DNA from: Candidatus Microgenomates bacterium
Lineage (GTDB): Bacteria > Patescibacteriota > Microgenomatia > JACQLA01
Direction of reading: 5' to 3'
Length of the DNA: 64,000 bases
Assembly: GCA_016204255.1 (NCBI GenBank)
Contig: JACQLA010000005.1
Coordinates: 68,339 to 132,338, forward strand
The notes beneath the pieces are model-generated. The model was not told where the DNA came from. It saw only the letters and a program-made list of their open reading frames with translations, and ran no database searches. Positions 9,293 through 20,545 of this stretch are shown piece after piece. A program made the translations under genes and the position numbers. Numbering within the stretch: the first letter of the stretch is position 1; each line of letters starts with the position of its first letter.

Positions 9293-9562
9293 CTATTTAG
9301 CAAGGTTAAGTTTCTCAATAACTAGTTTATACCTTTCATCGTCCTTTTTAGCAAGATAATTAAGAAGTCTTCGTCTTTTCCCGACTAAAGAAAGAAGCCC
9401 TCGCCTTGAGTGTACATCATGGGAATGGGTTTTTAAATGCTCAGTTAAATTTTTAATTCTTTCCGTTAAAAGAGCCACCTGAACTTCAGGGCTACCAGTA
9501 TCGGTTTTATTAATTTGATATTCAGTAATAATCTTTTTTTTATCTTTATCAATTGTTGTCAT
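9293..9562 (-). CDS. rpsO: 30S ribosomal protein S15
   Basis: [13 protein letters not shown]...[21 protein letters not shown]. Confidence 0.98.
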   Translation of the reverse strand: MTTIDKDKKKIITEYQINKTDTGSPEVQVALLTERIKNLTEHLKTHSHDVHSRRGLLSLVGKRRRLLNYLAKKDDERYKLVIEKLNLAK

Positions 9563-9567
9563 ATAAT

Positions 9568-10464
9568 TTAAGAGAAGTCAGAGCTCTTATAGACCTTGGG
9601 CTTAAACCAATCTGATGGTGTAGTAGGCTCTTCCTTTTGATCCTCGGTTCTATTAATTTTGGGCAAAGAAGAATTTTGTATTCCAATGTTTTTGGCCTGG
9701 CGGTGTTGCTCTATGATAGGAGCACGCTTATTAACCCCGCTTCTTTTGCCACCGGCGCGTAAACAGGCAGCTGCGGCCTCAAAGGCCTCAGTTGAAGCCA
9801 AAGGCGAAGCAAACCCTTGAGTGGCAAAATCAATGCCCATCAAAAGGTTTGTCGCTATATCCGCGTCAAGACCAATTCCTAAGCTTTTTAGCAACCAAAC
9901 TACGATCTCGCTTGTTGAAGAAGCGTAGGGATGGAAAAAATTGACTACACCGTATTGCTTATTCTCAGGATTATGATCGATAACGACCACCGGGCGATTA
10001 GCAAATAGAGCCTGTTCTTCTCGATAAAAGGAGCCCAAATCGGCCAGATCGGCGGTAGATATAATGAAAATCAGGTCAGCGTCAACACCCTGGTAAGAAA
10101 ACTTAACTTTATCTTGAGAAAGAAGCCTAGTCTCATTGCGAGTCTGGATAACAAGATTAAATCTATCACCTTCGATATTATAACTGACTTTTTCGATTGA
10201 ACCTTCCGTGTAGGGAAAAGAAACAACCAGGTTTTTATTCCCTAAAGCATCTTTAAGCTTATTGATTCCGATTAAATTACCAAATTCGACAGTCGGCGCT
10301 TTGGGACAAGCCACAGAAACTGTTTTTCCCATCTTTCCTAAGGCCAAAAAAAGGCCCAAGCTGGCACCTAGACTATCAAGGCTGGGATTTTGCCCAGTAA
10401 GAATTAAAATATTCTGAGCTGAGGCCAATAGTGGCTGTAATTTTTCAATAGTATCCTGTTTCAT
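9568..10464 (-). CDS. DHH-family (NrnA-like) protein with degenerate motifs
   Basis: [41 protein letters not shown]; synteny with infB. Confidence 0.7.
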   Translation of the reverse strand: MKQDTIEKLQPLLASAQNILILTGQNPSLDSLGASLGLFLALGKMGKTVSVACPKAPTVEFGNLIGINKLKDALGNKNLVVSFPYTEGSIEKVSYNIEGDRFNLVIQTRNETRLLSQDKVKFSYQGVDADLIFIISTADLADLGSFYREEQALFANRPVVVIDHNPENKQYGVVNFFHPYASSTSEIVVWLLKSLGIGLDADIATNLLMGIDFATQGFASPLASTEAFEAAAACLRAGGKRSGVNKRAPIIEQHRQAKNIGIQNSSLPKINRTEDQKEEPTTPSDWFKPKVYKSSDFS

Positions 10465-10469
10465 AATAA

Positions 10470-10533
10470 AAAAGTCTGTTCCAAGACTTTTAAGTCGCAG
10501 TAACTGCGACTTAAAATGCGAAATTCATTTCGC
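10470..10533. repeat. Cluster of three intergenic hairpins
   Basis: AAAAGTCT/AGACTTTT; TTTTAAGTCGCAGT-A-ACTGCGACTTAAAA (10488-10516); GCGAAAT/ATTTCGC. Confidence 0.6.
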
Positions 10534-10546
10534 TGCTGAGTTATTG

Positions 10547-11980
10547 CTATGACTTATAGGATATTAACACATCTCCGGTTTGAAAGTCAAGTGGAGAAGT
10601 CAAAAGAACCCCGCACTCCTTCCCGATTTCAGCCTTAGTAATTTCTTCTTTTAGATGTTTTAGCGATCGGATTTTACTCCGCCCGATCTCCTCCTCTAGG
10701 CGCAAAATTTTGACGCTGTCGCCTCGCGCCAATCTGCCTTCAACAACTCGACAACCGGCCACTGTTTCTTGCTCAAAAGGGAATTGGGCAATAATCTTAG
10801 CTTTCCCCATGATCTCCTCACTAATAATTTTTACTGCGCCTGTAATTAGTTTATTAAGTTCATCCAATAGCTCATAAATAAGTCTAAAAGTTTTTATCTT
10901 CACGCCTTCCACCTCGGCAAGCTTCAAAATATTGGCTGAGAGTTTGAGATTAAATCCTATAATAATTGATCGGCTGGTTTTTGCCAAAAGAACGTCTGAC
11001 TCGGAAATTTCACCGACTCCTTTGTTAATAATTTCTAACCCCGGCGGCAAAGAGTTGAAAACGGCCTCTAAGGAACCTGCCACATCGGCCTTTAAAATAA
11101 TCCTTATTTTTTTCTCAACCTCGTCTCCAGTCGGTTTACTGGCCCCTGCCTGCTCAAAATCAGATACTTCACCCACGGGTGGAACCTGCTTTAAACCAAG
11201 GATCTCAACCGGTTGGGAAGGCCCAGCCTCCGCAACTCTTCTCCCGGTGTCGTCGATCAAGGCCCGCACTTTACTTTTAACTCCGGCCAAAGAAATCATG
11301 TCGCCCACGCGAAGGATCCCGTTTTGAACAATCACGGTGGCCACCGGCCCTTTGGCTTTGTCAAGCTTCGCTTCCACAACGGCCAATTTCAATTCCCCGG
11401 TAAAATCTGCTTTTAATTCGGCCATTTCTGCAACCAGAAGAATCATTTCTAAAAGATCTTCAATTCCTTGTCCTGTTTTGGCGGAAACATTCACGCAAAC
11501 TACATCGCCACCTAATCCTTCAGGCAAAATCCCCTCTTCAGCCAGTTGTTTTTTAACACGCTCGGGATTGGCTGTCGGCAGGTCGATTTTATTTAAGACC
11601 ACAATCATTGGAACCTTTGCTTCCTGAATATGTCTAATCGATTCTTTAGTTTGGGGTTTTACTCCCTCGTCAGCCGAAACAACTAAAATGGCTAAATCGG
11701 TAACTTTTGCTCCCCGCGCCCGCATTTTTATGAAAGCCTCATGTCCGGGCGTATCAATGAAGGTTATTTTTTTTCTTTTGCCGACAGGGCCGACTTCTAC
11801 CTGATAAGCACCGATGCTTTGAGTGATCTGTCCGACTTCTTTTTGGGCGATTTTTGTGCGGCGAATAGTGTCTAAAAGGGTTGTTTTCCCATGATCAACA
11901 TGACCCATAACTACCACTACTGGGGGCCGACTTGCAAATTGATTTTTATTTTCACTGCTGGAAAGTTTATTTTTAACCAT
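10547..11980 (-). CDS. infB: Translation initiation factor IF-2 (short form)
   Basis: [40 protein letters not shown]. Confidence 0.97.
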   Translation of the reverse strand: MVKNKLSSSENKNQFASRPPVVVVMGHVDHGKTTLLDTIRRTKIAQKEVGQITQSIGAYQVEVGPVGKRKKITFIDTPGHEAFIKMRARGAKVTDLAILVVSADEGVKPQTKESIRHIQEAKVPMIVVLNKIDLPTANPERVKKQLAEEGILPEGLGGDVVCVNVSAKTGQGIEDLLEMILLVAEMAELKADFTGELKLAVVEAKLDKAKGPVATVIVQNGILRVGDMISLAGVKSKVRALIDDTGRRVAEAGPSQPVEILGLKQVPPVGEVSDFEQAGASKPTGDEVEKKIRIILKADVAGSLEAVFNSLPPGLEIINKGVGEISESDVLLAKTSRSIIIGFNLKLSANILKLAEVEGVKIKTFRLIYELLDELNKLITGAVKIISEEIMGKAKIIAQFPFEQETVAGCRVVEGRLARGDSVKILRLEEEIGRSKIRSLKHLKEEITKAEIGKECGVLLTSPLDFQTGDVLISYKS

Positions 11981-12032
11981 AGCTTTTATGGCAATTTAAA
12001 TGGGCGCAAGAGTGCTACAGAAAAGAAGTGGG

Positions 12033-13115
12033 CTATTCCTTTTTAGCTTTTGTTTTCTTTTGTGTCTTTTTTTTGGCCGAAGTTTTTTCTTTGGTAGATT
12101 TTTCAGTTTTTTTGGTTGTTTTAGTTTTAGCGGAGGCCTTTTTCTTTTCCTCTTCGGCTTGAGTTTTCCCCTTGATATCAATTTTCCAGCCCGTTAGCTT
12201 AACGGCTAAACGTACATTTTGGCCTTCTTTACCAATAGCCAGAGAAAGTTGATCATCTGCGATGATTGCTTCAGCCGTTTTTTCCTCTTCCTGAAGAACA
12301 ATCTCTATATCTTTAGCGGGTGAAAGAGCATAGGCGATAAATTTAGCTACATCCTCGCTCCACTGGATAATATCAATTTTTTCCATCCCACCCAACTCAT
12401 TAATTACCGTTTGCACTCTTACACCCTTTTGCCCGACACAGGCTCCCACCGGATCAACTCCGCGTTGAGTAGAAAAAACCGCCACTTTCGAATGACTACC
12501 AGCTTCCCGGGAAATTTCTTTAATCTCCACAGCTCCGTTTTGGATCTCCGGCACTTCCCGGCGAAAAAGACCAGACACTAAACCCTTGTGGGCGCGGGAG
12601 ACAATAATTTCTGACCCCCTCATCGTCTGCTTAATTTCGACAATATAGAAGGTTAATCGCTGATTCAAGTGGTAATGTTCGTTTGGAACCTGTTCATGGG
12701 GCGGCATCACACCTTCGCCCCTACCGATATCGACAATAATATTGGCCCCATCAAAACGTAGAACACGACCGTTTACCGCAGTCCCGACCTTGCGGCTATA
12801 ATCCGATAGAATAGCTGTTTTTTCCGCCTCTTTAACTCTTTGCAGGATAACTTGCTTAGCAGTTTGGGCAGCAATCCGGCCAAAACCGGGAGGAGTTACG
12901 TCCTTACCTTTATGTAAAATATGAACTTCGCCATTTTCCGCGTTTAGATCCACTTCGTATTCCTCAATATTCTCTGCCTCCACGGGCTTTTCCTTGCGGT
13001 AGGCAGTCAAAATTGCCGCCTTAACGCTTTCCAAAACCACATCCGGTTCAATTCCCCGTTCGGCGCATACCTGATTTAGGGCTAAAACGAATTCTGATCG
13101 AACAATTGCTGGCAT
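12033..13115 (-). CDS. nusA: Transcription termination/antitermination factor NusA
   Basis: FGRIAAQTAKQVILQ, REAG.HSKVAV, DPVGACVG, LSLAIGKEGQNVRLA; Lys-rich tail. Confidence 0.97.
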   Translation of the reverse strand: MPAIVRSEFVLALNQVCAERGIEPDVVLESVKAAILTAYRKEKPVEAENIEEYEVDLNAENGEVHILHKGKDVTPPGFGRIAAQTAKQVILQRVKEAEKTAILSDYSRKVGTAVNGRVLRFDGANIIVDIGRGEGVMPPHEQVPNEHYHLNQRLTFYIVEIKQTMRGSEIIVSRAHKGLVSGLFRREVPEIQNGAVEIKEISREAGSHSKVAVFSTQRGVDPVGACVGQKGVRVQTVINELGGMEKIDIIQWSEDVAKFIAYALSPAKDIEIVLQEEEKTAEAIIADDQLSLAIGKEGQNVRLAVKLTGWKIDIKGKTQAEEEKKKASAKTKTTKKTEKSTKEKTSAKKKTQKKTKAKKE

Positions 13116-13134
13116 CTTTTTTACCTCTTTTTAC

Positions 13135-13161
13135 AAAAAATGGCGGGGTTTCCTCCCACCA
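13135..13161 (-). promoter_or_regulatory. rimP-leader-like hairpin/attenuator upstream of nusA
   Basis: Minus strand TGGTGGG-AGGAAAC-CCCGCCA followed by TTTTTT, about 20 nt before the nusA start. Confidence 0.55.
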
Positions 13162-13307
13162 ATCGCCTTTTTTCTTAATTCTTAATCTTGTCTTTAAGCA
13201 TCAAAAGTATACCACTTTTCCCCAAATAGTCAACCTTTCGAAGTTGACTTTTTCCCCTGTTAACTCTACTCTAAAATTAGACCATGATGGAAAGGGGGTG
13301 ATAAAAA

Positions 13308-13514
13308 ATGAAAATGTTGCATTTTATTACTTTTACCCTTGTCGTTATCGGCGGCATAAACTGGGGGCTGATTGGCCTTTCAAATCTTAATCTAATTAAT
13401 TCGATCTTTGCCTCGGCACCCAGTCTTGAAAAAATAGTCTATATTCTAGTGGGCATTTCAGCTTTATATCTGATTCTCACCCACAAGAACGATTGTAAAA
13501 TTTGTGGTAAATAA
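13308..13514 (+). CDS. DUF378 small membrane protein
   Basis: LVVIGGINWGLIG...NL...IVYILVGISA; RBS GGGGGTG. Confidence 0.85.
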   Translation: MKMLHFITFTLVVIGGINWGLIGLSNLNLINSIFASAPSLEKIVYILVGISALYLILTHKNDCKICGK

Positions 13515-13665
13515 AACCACGGTTCTAAGATAAAAATAGATTATAACGGCGTTTTCCATTCTTACTTTTAACAAAGCGGGAAATAAATTTTTTTCCAAAA
13601 TTTCTTCTTTTAATTCCCTGTGTTTCTCGTACAACTCCAAAGTGATAAAATAAATAAAATTAACA

Positions 13666-14019
13666 ATGACTACAATTAAAAATCTGCAGAAAGAGGTTTT
13701 GAAGTTTCGTAATGAGCGGGATTGGGCTCAATTTCACAACCCAAAGGATAGCGCCATAGCGATGGTTTCTGAGGCGGTTGAAGTTCTGGACCATTTTAAA
13801 TGGAAAAACGAGCGTGAAATTCAAACATTTTTGGCAAAAAACAAAAAGAAAGTTGGGGATGAGCTGGCGGACGTTTTTTTCTGGGTTTTACTTATGAGCT
13901 ACGATTTGGGAATTGATCTGATCAGCGCTTTCCGAGAAAAAATGAAAGAAAACGCTCAAAAATATCCAATTGAAAGAGCGAAAGGTTCAAATATTAAATA
14001 CACGGAGTTCGAAAAATAA
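13666..14019 (+). CDS. MazG-like nucleotide pyrophosphohydrolase (dCTPase-like)
   Basis: FRNERDWAQFHNPKD...E..E.L..F.W...DELADV...KM..N..KYP. Confidence 0.9.
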   Translation: MTTIKNLQKEVLKFRNERDWAQFHNPKDSAIAMVSEAVEVLDHFKWKNEREIQTFLAKNKKKVGDELADVFFWVLLMSYDLGIDLISAFREKMKENAQKYPIERAKGSNIKYTEFEK

Positions 14020-14023
14020 GTTT

Positions 14024-14797
14024 TTAAGATCTGAGGCAAAAATAGCTGCCGATACCGGAAAGCTCGGCAAGCGTGAGAAATGGCGAATAAAAGGCTGAGG
14101 CCGAGCCTCCATCAAGGTTTTGGGCTTCGGTAAATTCAACCCCAATATTTTTCTCAAAATCAGTAAGCACGCCTGGTAATTTAGCCAAAAATGGCCCCTC
14201 AAAGAGGGAATCTCTGTTGTAAAAGACTACAAAATAAGCTTCATTTTTATCGTCAATCGCAACAACAATCCGTCGCGCCGCCTCATCAGCGATTATTTGC
14301 AATTTCTGCTCCTCCCTGTCGCTTTTAAGAATTGGTCCTGATTGCAAAGCCAATCTTACGTTTGGGGGAGAAAAAAGCATGATAGCGGCGCGCCCATTTT
14401 TATCGATACTAAAAACTCCATCGAAAAGTCGACTAGCAATTCTTTCTTTGATTATTTCGCCTTCGCTTACAAATAAACCCACCGGCTCATTTTCTTTAGT
14501 ATAAAAACCAGCGCTAATAAGACTTTGACAATCTTTTTCCTGAAATAATTTTTGAGCGCTTAATTTTTCTTTAAAATTGGGGTAAAGAAAAATATTTTCC
14601 GTATCGGAAGCCTTCACCCAGCTTGCCCGAAACTGCTGCCCACCGCTTTCAAAATCTATCACTTGATCCTGCTTTATCGGTGTCAAAGTCGGCGTCGGCG
14701 AAACAACAATGTCAGTTGCGACGAAAGATGGCTTGAATATAAAAAAGAAGGATAGAATTAAAGCCAAACTGCCTGAAAAAATAATTTTTTTCACCAA
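14024..14797 (-). CDS. Phosphodiester glycosidase (NAGPA-like) family exported protein
   Basis: N-terminal TM, SAGFY, GLFVSEG, QSGPIL, AQNLDGGSAS. Confidence 0.7.
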   Translation of the reverse strand: MVKKIIFSGSLALILSFFFIFKPSFVATDIVVSPTPTLTPIKQDQVIDFESGGQQFRASWVKASDTENIFLYPNFKEKLSAQKLFQEKDCQSLISAGFYTKENEPVGLFVSEGEIIKERIASRLFDGVFSIDKNGRAAIMLFSPPNVRLALQSGPILKSDREEQKLQIIADEAARRIVVAIDDKNEAYFVVFYNRDSLFEGPFLAKLPGVLTDFEKNIGVEFTEAQNLDGGSASAFYSPFLTLAELSGIGSYFCLRS

Positions 14798-14910
14798 TCT
14801 TATTATACTATGCTTCTGATAATCATCCTCTTAAGCACTTCTATATATTAATTAAAATATTACATGCTTCTTACTCAAGATTAATAAAAAGATTCTATTA
14901 TGAAAATGTT

Positions 14911-15354
14911 ATGAAAATAATAATTCTTCTTTTAAGTTTTTTCCTTTTTCTCACCGCTCCAGAAATAGCTTTTGCTCAAAACAACACCGAAGAAAAACTT
15001 ATAACCGTAGATATAGACAAACAGATGCTTTATGCCTGGGAAAACGGCCGGGTGGTTAACCAATCGCTTGTTTCCACCGGGCTTATCCGGACACCAACGG
15101 TTAAGGGCAGTTTCCAAATCTATCGGAAAATTCCCTCTCAGGCAATGCGCGGATACTCTCTGGTAAACGGCTGGTATTACCACCCGAATGTACCCAGCGT
15201 TATGTATTTTTATAAAGCCTATGCCATCCACGGCGCCTATTGGCACAACAACTTCGGCCAACGAATGAGTAACGGCTGCGTCAATTTGCCCCTACCGTTT
15301 GCCCAATGGCTGTTTAACTGGGCCCCAAATGGAACCAGGGTCGAAATTTCCTAA
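14911..15354 (+). CDS. L,D-transpeptidase (YkuD family)
   Basis: Signal peptide; VSTG...TVKG; AIHGAYWHNNFGQRMSNGCVNL. Confidence 0.9.
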   Translation: MKIIILLLSFFLFLTAPEIAFAQNNTEEKLITVDIDKQMLYAWENGRVVNQSLVSTGLIRTPTVKGSFQIYRKIPSQAMRGYSLVNGWYYHPNVPSVMYFYKAYAIHGAYWHNNFGQRMSNGCVNLPLPFAQWLFNWAPNGTRVEIS

Positions 15355-15420
15355 TCTCACTTCTATAAGATAGAGCTTAATAATCCCATTAGCTTTACTA
15401 ATTGTGTTATAATAAATACT

Positions 15421-15858
15421 ATGGGGAATGAAATTAGCTCCGATTCCAGAGAAGCATATCGCTATTTTAGATCCACTTTAAGAAGAACGGGTAATTTCTG
15501 CAGTCAGCACGGAATTGCTCGGAAGCAATTTGATGTATTTGTTGCCGCTGCTAATCAAACATCTATAAATCAAGGCGAAGATATTCCTTCTGATGAATCA
15601 GTCTTAAATTCTAATGAGCAGGCGGTTCGGGGTCTCGTCTTTCAAATGCGTCAAGAATTGCATTGCGGCCTAAAAAAAGGAAGCATAATACCAAGACACG
15701 CGAGAAAAGCAGCAAGTGCCTGGGGCTTAAGATTAGATTCCTGGGCAAAAGGAAAAAAACAGAAACGAGAAATTCCCTCATTAAGAAATTCTACAGAAAT
15801 GGGCTTTCTCAGACCACTTTACCCAAAAAACCTAAGACTTAAAATTAGAACAAGATAA
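15421..15858 (+). CDS. Hypothetical protein
   Basis: 145-aa ORF with ATG start 7 nt after TGTTATAAT; no family recognised. Confidence 0.5.
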   Translation: MGNEISSDSREAYRYFRSTLRRTGNFCSQHGIARKQFDVFVAAANQTSINQGEDIPSDESVLNSNEQAVRGLVFQMRQELHCGLKKGSIIPRHARKAASAWGLRLDSWAKGKKQKREIPSLRNSTEMGFLRPLYPKNLRLKIRTR

Positions 15859-15934
15859 CCCATTTAAAACTTTTATCAGCCTAAAATTCAGCTCTTTACG
15901 GTAATGACATTTCCTTGTATAATTTGAGAAGAAA

Positions 15935-16372
15935 ATGGCCAAGTTTATTTTAGGTATCGCAATAGTTATAGTCTTGGGAGGAGGAGCATTTTTTATGCTA
16001 AACCAACAAGCCCAACAAACCTCCCCCACTCCTGCTTCTGAAATAGAAGTAACGCCAACTGCAAACATAACAATTACTTCTCCAACCCCAGCTGCTGAAA
16101 CGACTAATTCTACAATTAAAATAACCAGCGCTGGGTTTGAGCCAAAAAATTTAACAGTTAAAGTGGGTGCGCGAGTAACCTGGGTAAATAGCAGCGGAAG
16201 TTTGACAAATATTTCTTCAGCTACACATCCAACCCATCAAGTTTATCCACCACTAAACTTGGGTAATCTGCCGGATGGACAATCTGTTTCTTTGGTCTTT
16301 GACAAGTCCGGTTCGTATACTTACCATGACCACCTAAACCCGAATAAAACCGGCGTGATAGTGGTCGAATAA
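15935..16372 (+). CDS. Membrane-anchored cupredoxin-like protein
   Basis: TM, Thr/Pro linker, GFEPKNLTVKVGARVTWVN...FDKSGSYTYHDHLNP...GVIVVE. Confidence 0.8.
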   Translation: MAKFILGIAIVIVLGGGAFFMLNQQAQQTSPTPASEIEVTPTANITITSPTPAAETTNSTIKITSAGFEPKNLTVKVGARVTWVNSSGSLTNISSATHPTHQVYPPLNLGNLPDGQSVSLVFDKSGSYTYHDHLNPNKTGVIVVE

Positions 16373-16373
16373 A

Positions 16374-17279
16374 TTAAAACCAACCGCTTCCCTTTTTGTT
16401 TTTATTCAATTCTTCAAATTCTTTAAGCAGCTCTTTCTGCTCACGACTAATTTTTTGGGGCACCTCAACAAGAATACGTACATATTGATCACCACGGCCG
16501 CTACTACGCAAATGAGGAACTCCTTTTCCCCGTAATCTTACCAATGAGCCGGGCTGGGTACCAGCCTTGATGTTTAATTTCAGTGGGCCATCGATGGTGG
16601 GTATGGACACCACCGCTCCCAAAACTGCCTGGACAAAACTGATAGGAAATTCGATGACCAGGTCATCTCCCTGACGATGAAAAACCTTATCCGGGCGCAC
16701 ATCCAAAACAAGATCAAATTCTTCAAATCTGATCCTTGAGCCATCAAGGACTCCGGCGGGAATCTTAATTCTCTTTCTTTTACCAGCAACCTCGACTTCT
16801 TTCTCCGCTCCTTTAACCGCCTCTATAAAATCAAGGGTCAAGGAATAAGCTGGTTTTCTTTGCCGCCGGCCAAAAGGTGAGCCGCCAAAAAATTGTTCAA
16901 AGATTTCAAACGGATCAGAAAATCCTCCAAAGTCAAAATCACCTTGACCCCCTTCTCCACCGGAAGTATAGTAAGTATAAGAAAACGGCCCCTGTCGATA
17001 AGTTCGGCCCTGATCAAACCCTCCAAAAGGTCCGCCAGCCCCTCCCGCGCCACCCTGGGTAAAGGCGGTATGTCCAAACTGGTCGTAAGCTGCTTTTTTC
17101 TCCGGATTGGATAAAATCTCGTAGGCTTCATTTATTTCTTTAAATTTTTCGTGGGCATCGGAAGCTTTATTATGATCCGGATGATACTCAAGAGCCATTT
17201 TCCGATAGGCTCTTTTCAATTCTTCAGGGCTTGCGTTTTTATTAACACCCAAAATTTGATAGTAATCACGCTTATCCAT
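16374..17279 (-). CDS. dnaJ: DnaJ-family co-chaperone lacking the zinc finger
   Basis: J domain with HPD, G/F-rich region, C-terminal domain; no CxxCxGxG repeats. Confidence 0.88.
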   Translation of the reverse strand: MDKRDYYQILGVNKNASPEELKRAYRKMALEYHPDHNKASDAHEKFKEINEAYEILSNPEKKAAYDQFGHTAFTQGGAGGAGGPFGGFDQGRTYRQGPFSYTYYTSGGEGGQGDFDFGGFSDPFEIFEQFFGGSPFGRRQRKPAYSLTLDFIEAVKGAEKEVEVAGKRKRIKIPAGVLDGSRIRFEEFDLVLDVRPDKVFHRQGDDLVIEFPISFVQAVLGAVVSIPTIDGPLKLNIKAGTQPGSLVRLRGKGVPHLRSSGRGDQYVRILVEVPQKISREQKELLKEFEELNKNKKGSGWF

Positions 17280-17307
17280 ATGTATTTACATGTATTCTAC
17301 CACCAAA

Positions 17308-17328
17308 TGGGCCGCCATTGGCGGCCCA
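17308..17328. terminator. Strong hairpin between dnaK and dnaJ
   Basis: TGGGCCGCCA-T-TGGCGGCCCA. Confidence 0.55.
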
Positions 17329-17354
17329 AATTTATTTTTTCTTTTTAAAAAAGG

Positions 17355-19274
17355 TTAACCTACGACTTCACCCTCTTCGATCTTTTCTTCAGCCTTTTTC
17401 CCGGTTTTTGTTCCGTTTCCCTCTGCCTCAGCCTGAGCTGTTTCTCCTGGCTGCGGACTAGTAGTATCTTGAGCTGAATCGGCTGAAGTATACATGGCCT
17501 GCCCCACTTTTTGTAAAGAATCAGAAAGATCTTTGGTCTTGGCCTCTAAATCTTCCTTTGTACCGGTTTCCAGAACGGCTTTTAGGGCAGCTACCTTCTC
17601 TTCAACTTCACTTTTGATTTCAGCCGGGACTTTATCGCCCCCCTCCCGCAGGGTTTTTTCGGCCGTAAAGATTAAATTATCGGCGGTATTTTTAGCCTCA
17701 ATCCTTTCTTTTTTGGCCTGATCTTCGCTAGCGTGAGCTTCCGCCTCTTTTGTCATCCGCTCCACTTCATCTTTACTCAAGCCGGTTGAACCGGTAATCT
17801 TAATACTTTGTTCCTTACCAGTTGCTTTATCCTTAGCTTTAACATTGAGAATGCCGGAGGCATCGATATCAAAGGTCACCTCAATCTGAGGAATACCTCG
17901 CGGCGCCGGCGGAATCCCGTCTAAAATAAACCGGCCCAAGGATTTATTGTCAGCGGCCATCGGTCTTTCTCCCTGCAAAACATTTATTTCAACTGAGGTC
18001 TGGTTGTCAGCCGCGGTTGAAAAAATTTGTGACTTGCTCGTCGGAATAGTGGCATTTCTGGAAATAAGCGGTGTGGCCACCGCACCTAAAGTCTCGATCC
18101 CCAACGTTAACGGCGTCACGTCAAGCAGCAAGACGTCTTTAACCTCACCACCCAAAACTCCACCCTGAATAGCGGCCCCAATTGCTACAACTTCATCAGG
18201 GTTAACCCCTCGATGAGGCTCTTTGCCAAAAAACTTTTGAACGGCTTCCGCAATTTTGGGCATGCGCGTCATACCACCGACTAAAATTACTTCATTAATA
18301 TCGCCGACTTTCATCTTGGCATCTTTTAAGCAGGCCTCCACCGGTTTAATGGTTTTTTGAACCAACTCATCAACAATTTGTTCAAGCTTGGCCCGGGTTA
18401 GCTTCATAGTTAAATGCAGAGGGCCGGCGGATCCCTGAGTAATAAATGGTTGATTTATCTCTGTTTCCTGAGCAGAAGACAGTTCAATCTTTGCTTTCTC
18501 GGCTGCTTCCCGAAGTCTTTGAAGCGCTTGAGGATCTTTTTTTAAATCAACATTATTCTCTTTTTTGAATTCATCGGCAATATAATCGATGATTACTTTG
18601 TCAAAATCGTCTCCTCCCAAATGGGTGTCACCATTGGTGGCCTTTACTTCATAAACTCCCTCTCCTAGCTCTAAAATAGAGATGTCAAAAGTCCCGCCGC
18701 CTAAATCATAAACTGCCACCGTATGGGCCTGTTTTTTATCCAAGCCATAGGCTAAAGCGGCGGCTGTCGGCTCATTAATAATTCTTAAAACTTCCAAACC
18801 GGCAATTTCCCCAGCCTGTTTAGTGGCTTGTCTCTGAGAGTCGTCAAAATAGGCCGGAACGGTAATAACTGCTTGTGTGACTTTTGAACCGAGGTAAGTT
18901 TCGGCGTCGGCTTTAATTTTTTGCAAAGTCATAGCCGAAATTTCTTGGGGGGTAAATGTTCTTCCACCAACTTCAACAACTGCCATTCCCTCGCGGCCCG
19001 ATTTAATAGTATAAGGCAACCATTTCATATCGTGTTGCACCGAGGAGTCAGTGAATTTTCGTCCCATTAATCTTTTAATTGAAAAAATGGTTGATCTGGG
19101 ATTAACAACCATCTGGCGTTTAGCCACATCGCCGACAAGATGTTTAATAGGCTCAACAACCGAAGGAATAACGTTGCGGCCTTCGGCCGAATGAATAATT
19201 TTAGGGGTGCCACCTTCCATAACGGACATTGCCGAATTAGTGGTGCCTAAATCAATACCAATTATTTTTCCCAT
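17355..19274 (-). CDS. dnaK: Chaperone DnaK (Hsp70)
   Basis: [32 protein letters not shown]. Confidence 0.99.
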   Translation of the reverse strand: MGKIIGIDLGTTNSAMSVMEGGTPKIIHSAEGRNVIPSVVEPIKHLVGDVAKRQMVVNPRSTIFSIKRLMGRKFTDSSVQHDMKWLPYTIKSGREGMAVVEVGGRTFTPQEISAMTLQKIKADAETYLGSKVTQAVITVPAYFDDSQRQATKQAGEIAGLEVLRIINEPTAAALAYGLDKKQAHTVAVYDLGGGTFDISILELGEGVYEVKATNGDTHLGGDDFDKVIIDYIADEFKKENNVDLKKDPQALQRLREAAEKAKIELSSAQETEINQPFITQGSAGPLHLTMKLTRAKLEQIVDELVQKTIKPVEACLKDAKMKVGDINEVILVGGMTRMPKIAEAVQKFFGKEPHRGVNPDEVVAIGAAIQGGVLGGEVKDVLLLDVTPLTLGIETLGAVATPLISRNATIPTSKSQIFSTAADNQTSVEINVLQGERPMAADNKSLGRFILDGIPPAPRGIPQIEVTFDIDASGILNVKAKDKATGKEQSIKITGSTGLSKDEVERMTKEAEAHASEDQAKKERIEAKNTADNLIFTAEKTLREGGDKVPAEIKSEVEEKVAALKAVLETGTKEDLEAKTKDLSDSLQKVGQAMYTSADSAQDTTSPQPGETAQAEAEGNGTKTGKKAEEKIEEGEVVG

Positions 19275-19286
19275 AAAATCCTCCTT

Positions 19287-19799
19287 TTATATGTAGTCGC
19301 CCTTTTGTAGTTGATCAAGGGCTAGTTCTTCTGCTTTTTCTTCAACTTTTTTCTTTCCGACGTTGACTTGGGCATGTCGGATAACTTGATTATTTAATTT
19401 ATATCCAGCGCGAAATTCCTTTACAACCTTATTTTCCTCTTCCCCCGGCACTATTTCTATTGCCTCCATCTCTGCCGGGTCAAAAATTCTTCCCGAAGTC
19501 TCAATTTTTGACAAACCCTCCTTTTCCAAGACCTGATATAGGTGCCTTAGGGCCAAATTCAAACCCTCATCTTTTAGATGCTCGGCGGCTCTTTCAAAAT
19601 CGTCTAGGCAGGGCAAAATTTTTAAGACAATTTCCCCGGCCGCTGATTTGATTAATTTTTCTTTTTCTTCTTTTGCTCTTTTTTCTAAATTCTGATAGTC
19701 AGCCAGGGCTCTTTTCCATTTTTCTTCAAATTCTACCCTTTCCTCAGTAATTTTTTCATTTTTGTCGCTTCCCTTTTGTTTACCCATTTTAATCACCAA
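19287..19799 (-). CDS. grpE: Nucleotide exchange factor GrpE
   Basis: RALADYQNL, FDP..MEA, GYKLNNQVIRHAQV. Confidence 0.93.
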   Translation of the reverse strand: MVIKMGKQKGSDKNEKITEERVEFEEKWKRALADYQNLEKRAKEEKEKLIKSAAGEIVLKILPCLDDFERAAEHLKDEGLNLALRHLYQVLEKEGLSKIETSGRIFDPAEMEAIEIVPGEEENKVVKEFRAGYKLNNQVIRHAQVNVGKKKVEEKAEELALDQLQKGDYI

Positions 19800-20527
19800 T
19801 TTTTAGTGACCTCAGTAATTAAATCTCCAAAGTACCGCACTGTAGGAATGATATAGGGATAATCAAGTCTTACCGGTCCGACAACACCGATGGCGCCTGA
19901 ATACTTGGATCCGGCTTGATAATGACTATAAACAAAACCGCAGGAGCCTAAAAATTCCCCCAGTTCCTCTCCGAGCAAAATATGTATTGGCTCTTCGCTC
20001 TCAATTGCCTGGGCAAAAAGATTCTCCCAAAAATCTACCCGGTCCAGCATGAAGAGGAGATTTTTTGTTAAATTGATATCGTAAAATTCGGGCATTGCTA
20101 AAACATTGGCCATACCCGAGGCAAAAAGATCCCCCTCGCTATTAGTGGCCAAGGCTAAGGTTTTGGTTTTTTCGGCTAAAAGGTGAGTTGCTTCCCGTAA
20201 AAGCTTGTTTAATGAATGGCGATAATTCCAAACTTTCTCTTTGACCGCCACTTCCTCGCGAACACTAACTTCTTTAGTCTTCATCAGCTCGCGAATATAA
20301 AACTTTAGGCCAACAGGCGTAGGAACTCGTCCGGCTGAAGAATGGAGTTTTTTCAAAAATCCGGCTTCTGTCAGCTTAACCATCTCATTGCGAATGGTCG
20401 CCGGCGAAATTCCTAATTTAGGATATTTTTTCTCAATTGTCTCCGAACCGACCGCTTCCGCACTTTCGATATATTCTTCGATAATTGCTTTTAAAAGTTG
20501 AGATTGGCGTAAAGTTAAGTCAATCAT
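19793..20527 (-). CDS. hrcA: Heat-inducible transcription repressor HrcA (short form)
   Basis: LTLRQ..LL.AII.EYI..AE.VGS, SPATIRNEM, HSSAGRVPT, IGVVGP.RLDY. Confidence 0.93.
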   Translation of the reverse strand: MIDLTLRQSQLLKAIIEEYIESAEAVGSETIEKKYPKLGISPATIRNEMVKLTEAGFLKKLHSSAGRVPTPVGLKFYIRELMKTKEVSVREEVAVKEKVWNYRHSLNKLLREATHLLAEKTKTLALATNSEGDLFASGMANVLAMPEFYDINLTKNLLFMLDRVDFWENLFAQAIESEEPIHILLGEELGEFLGSCGFVYSHYQAGSKYSGAIGVVGPVRLDYPYIIPTVRYFGDLITEVTKNW

Positions 20528-20545
20528 ATTTATCTAAAAAAGCCA

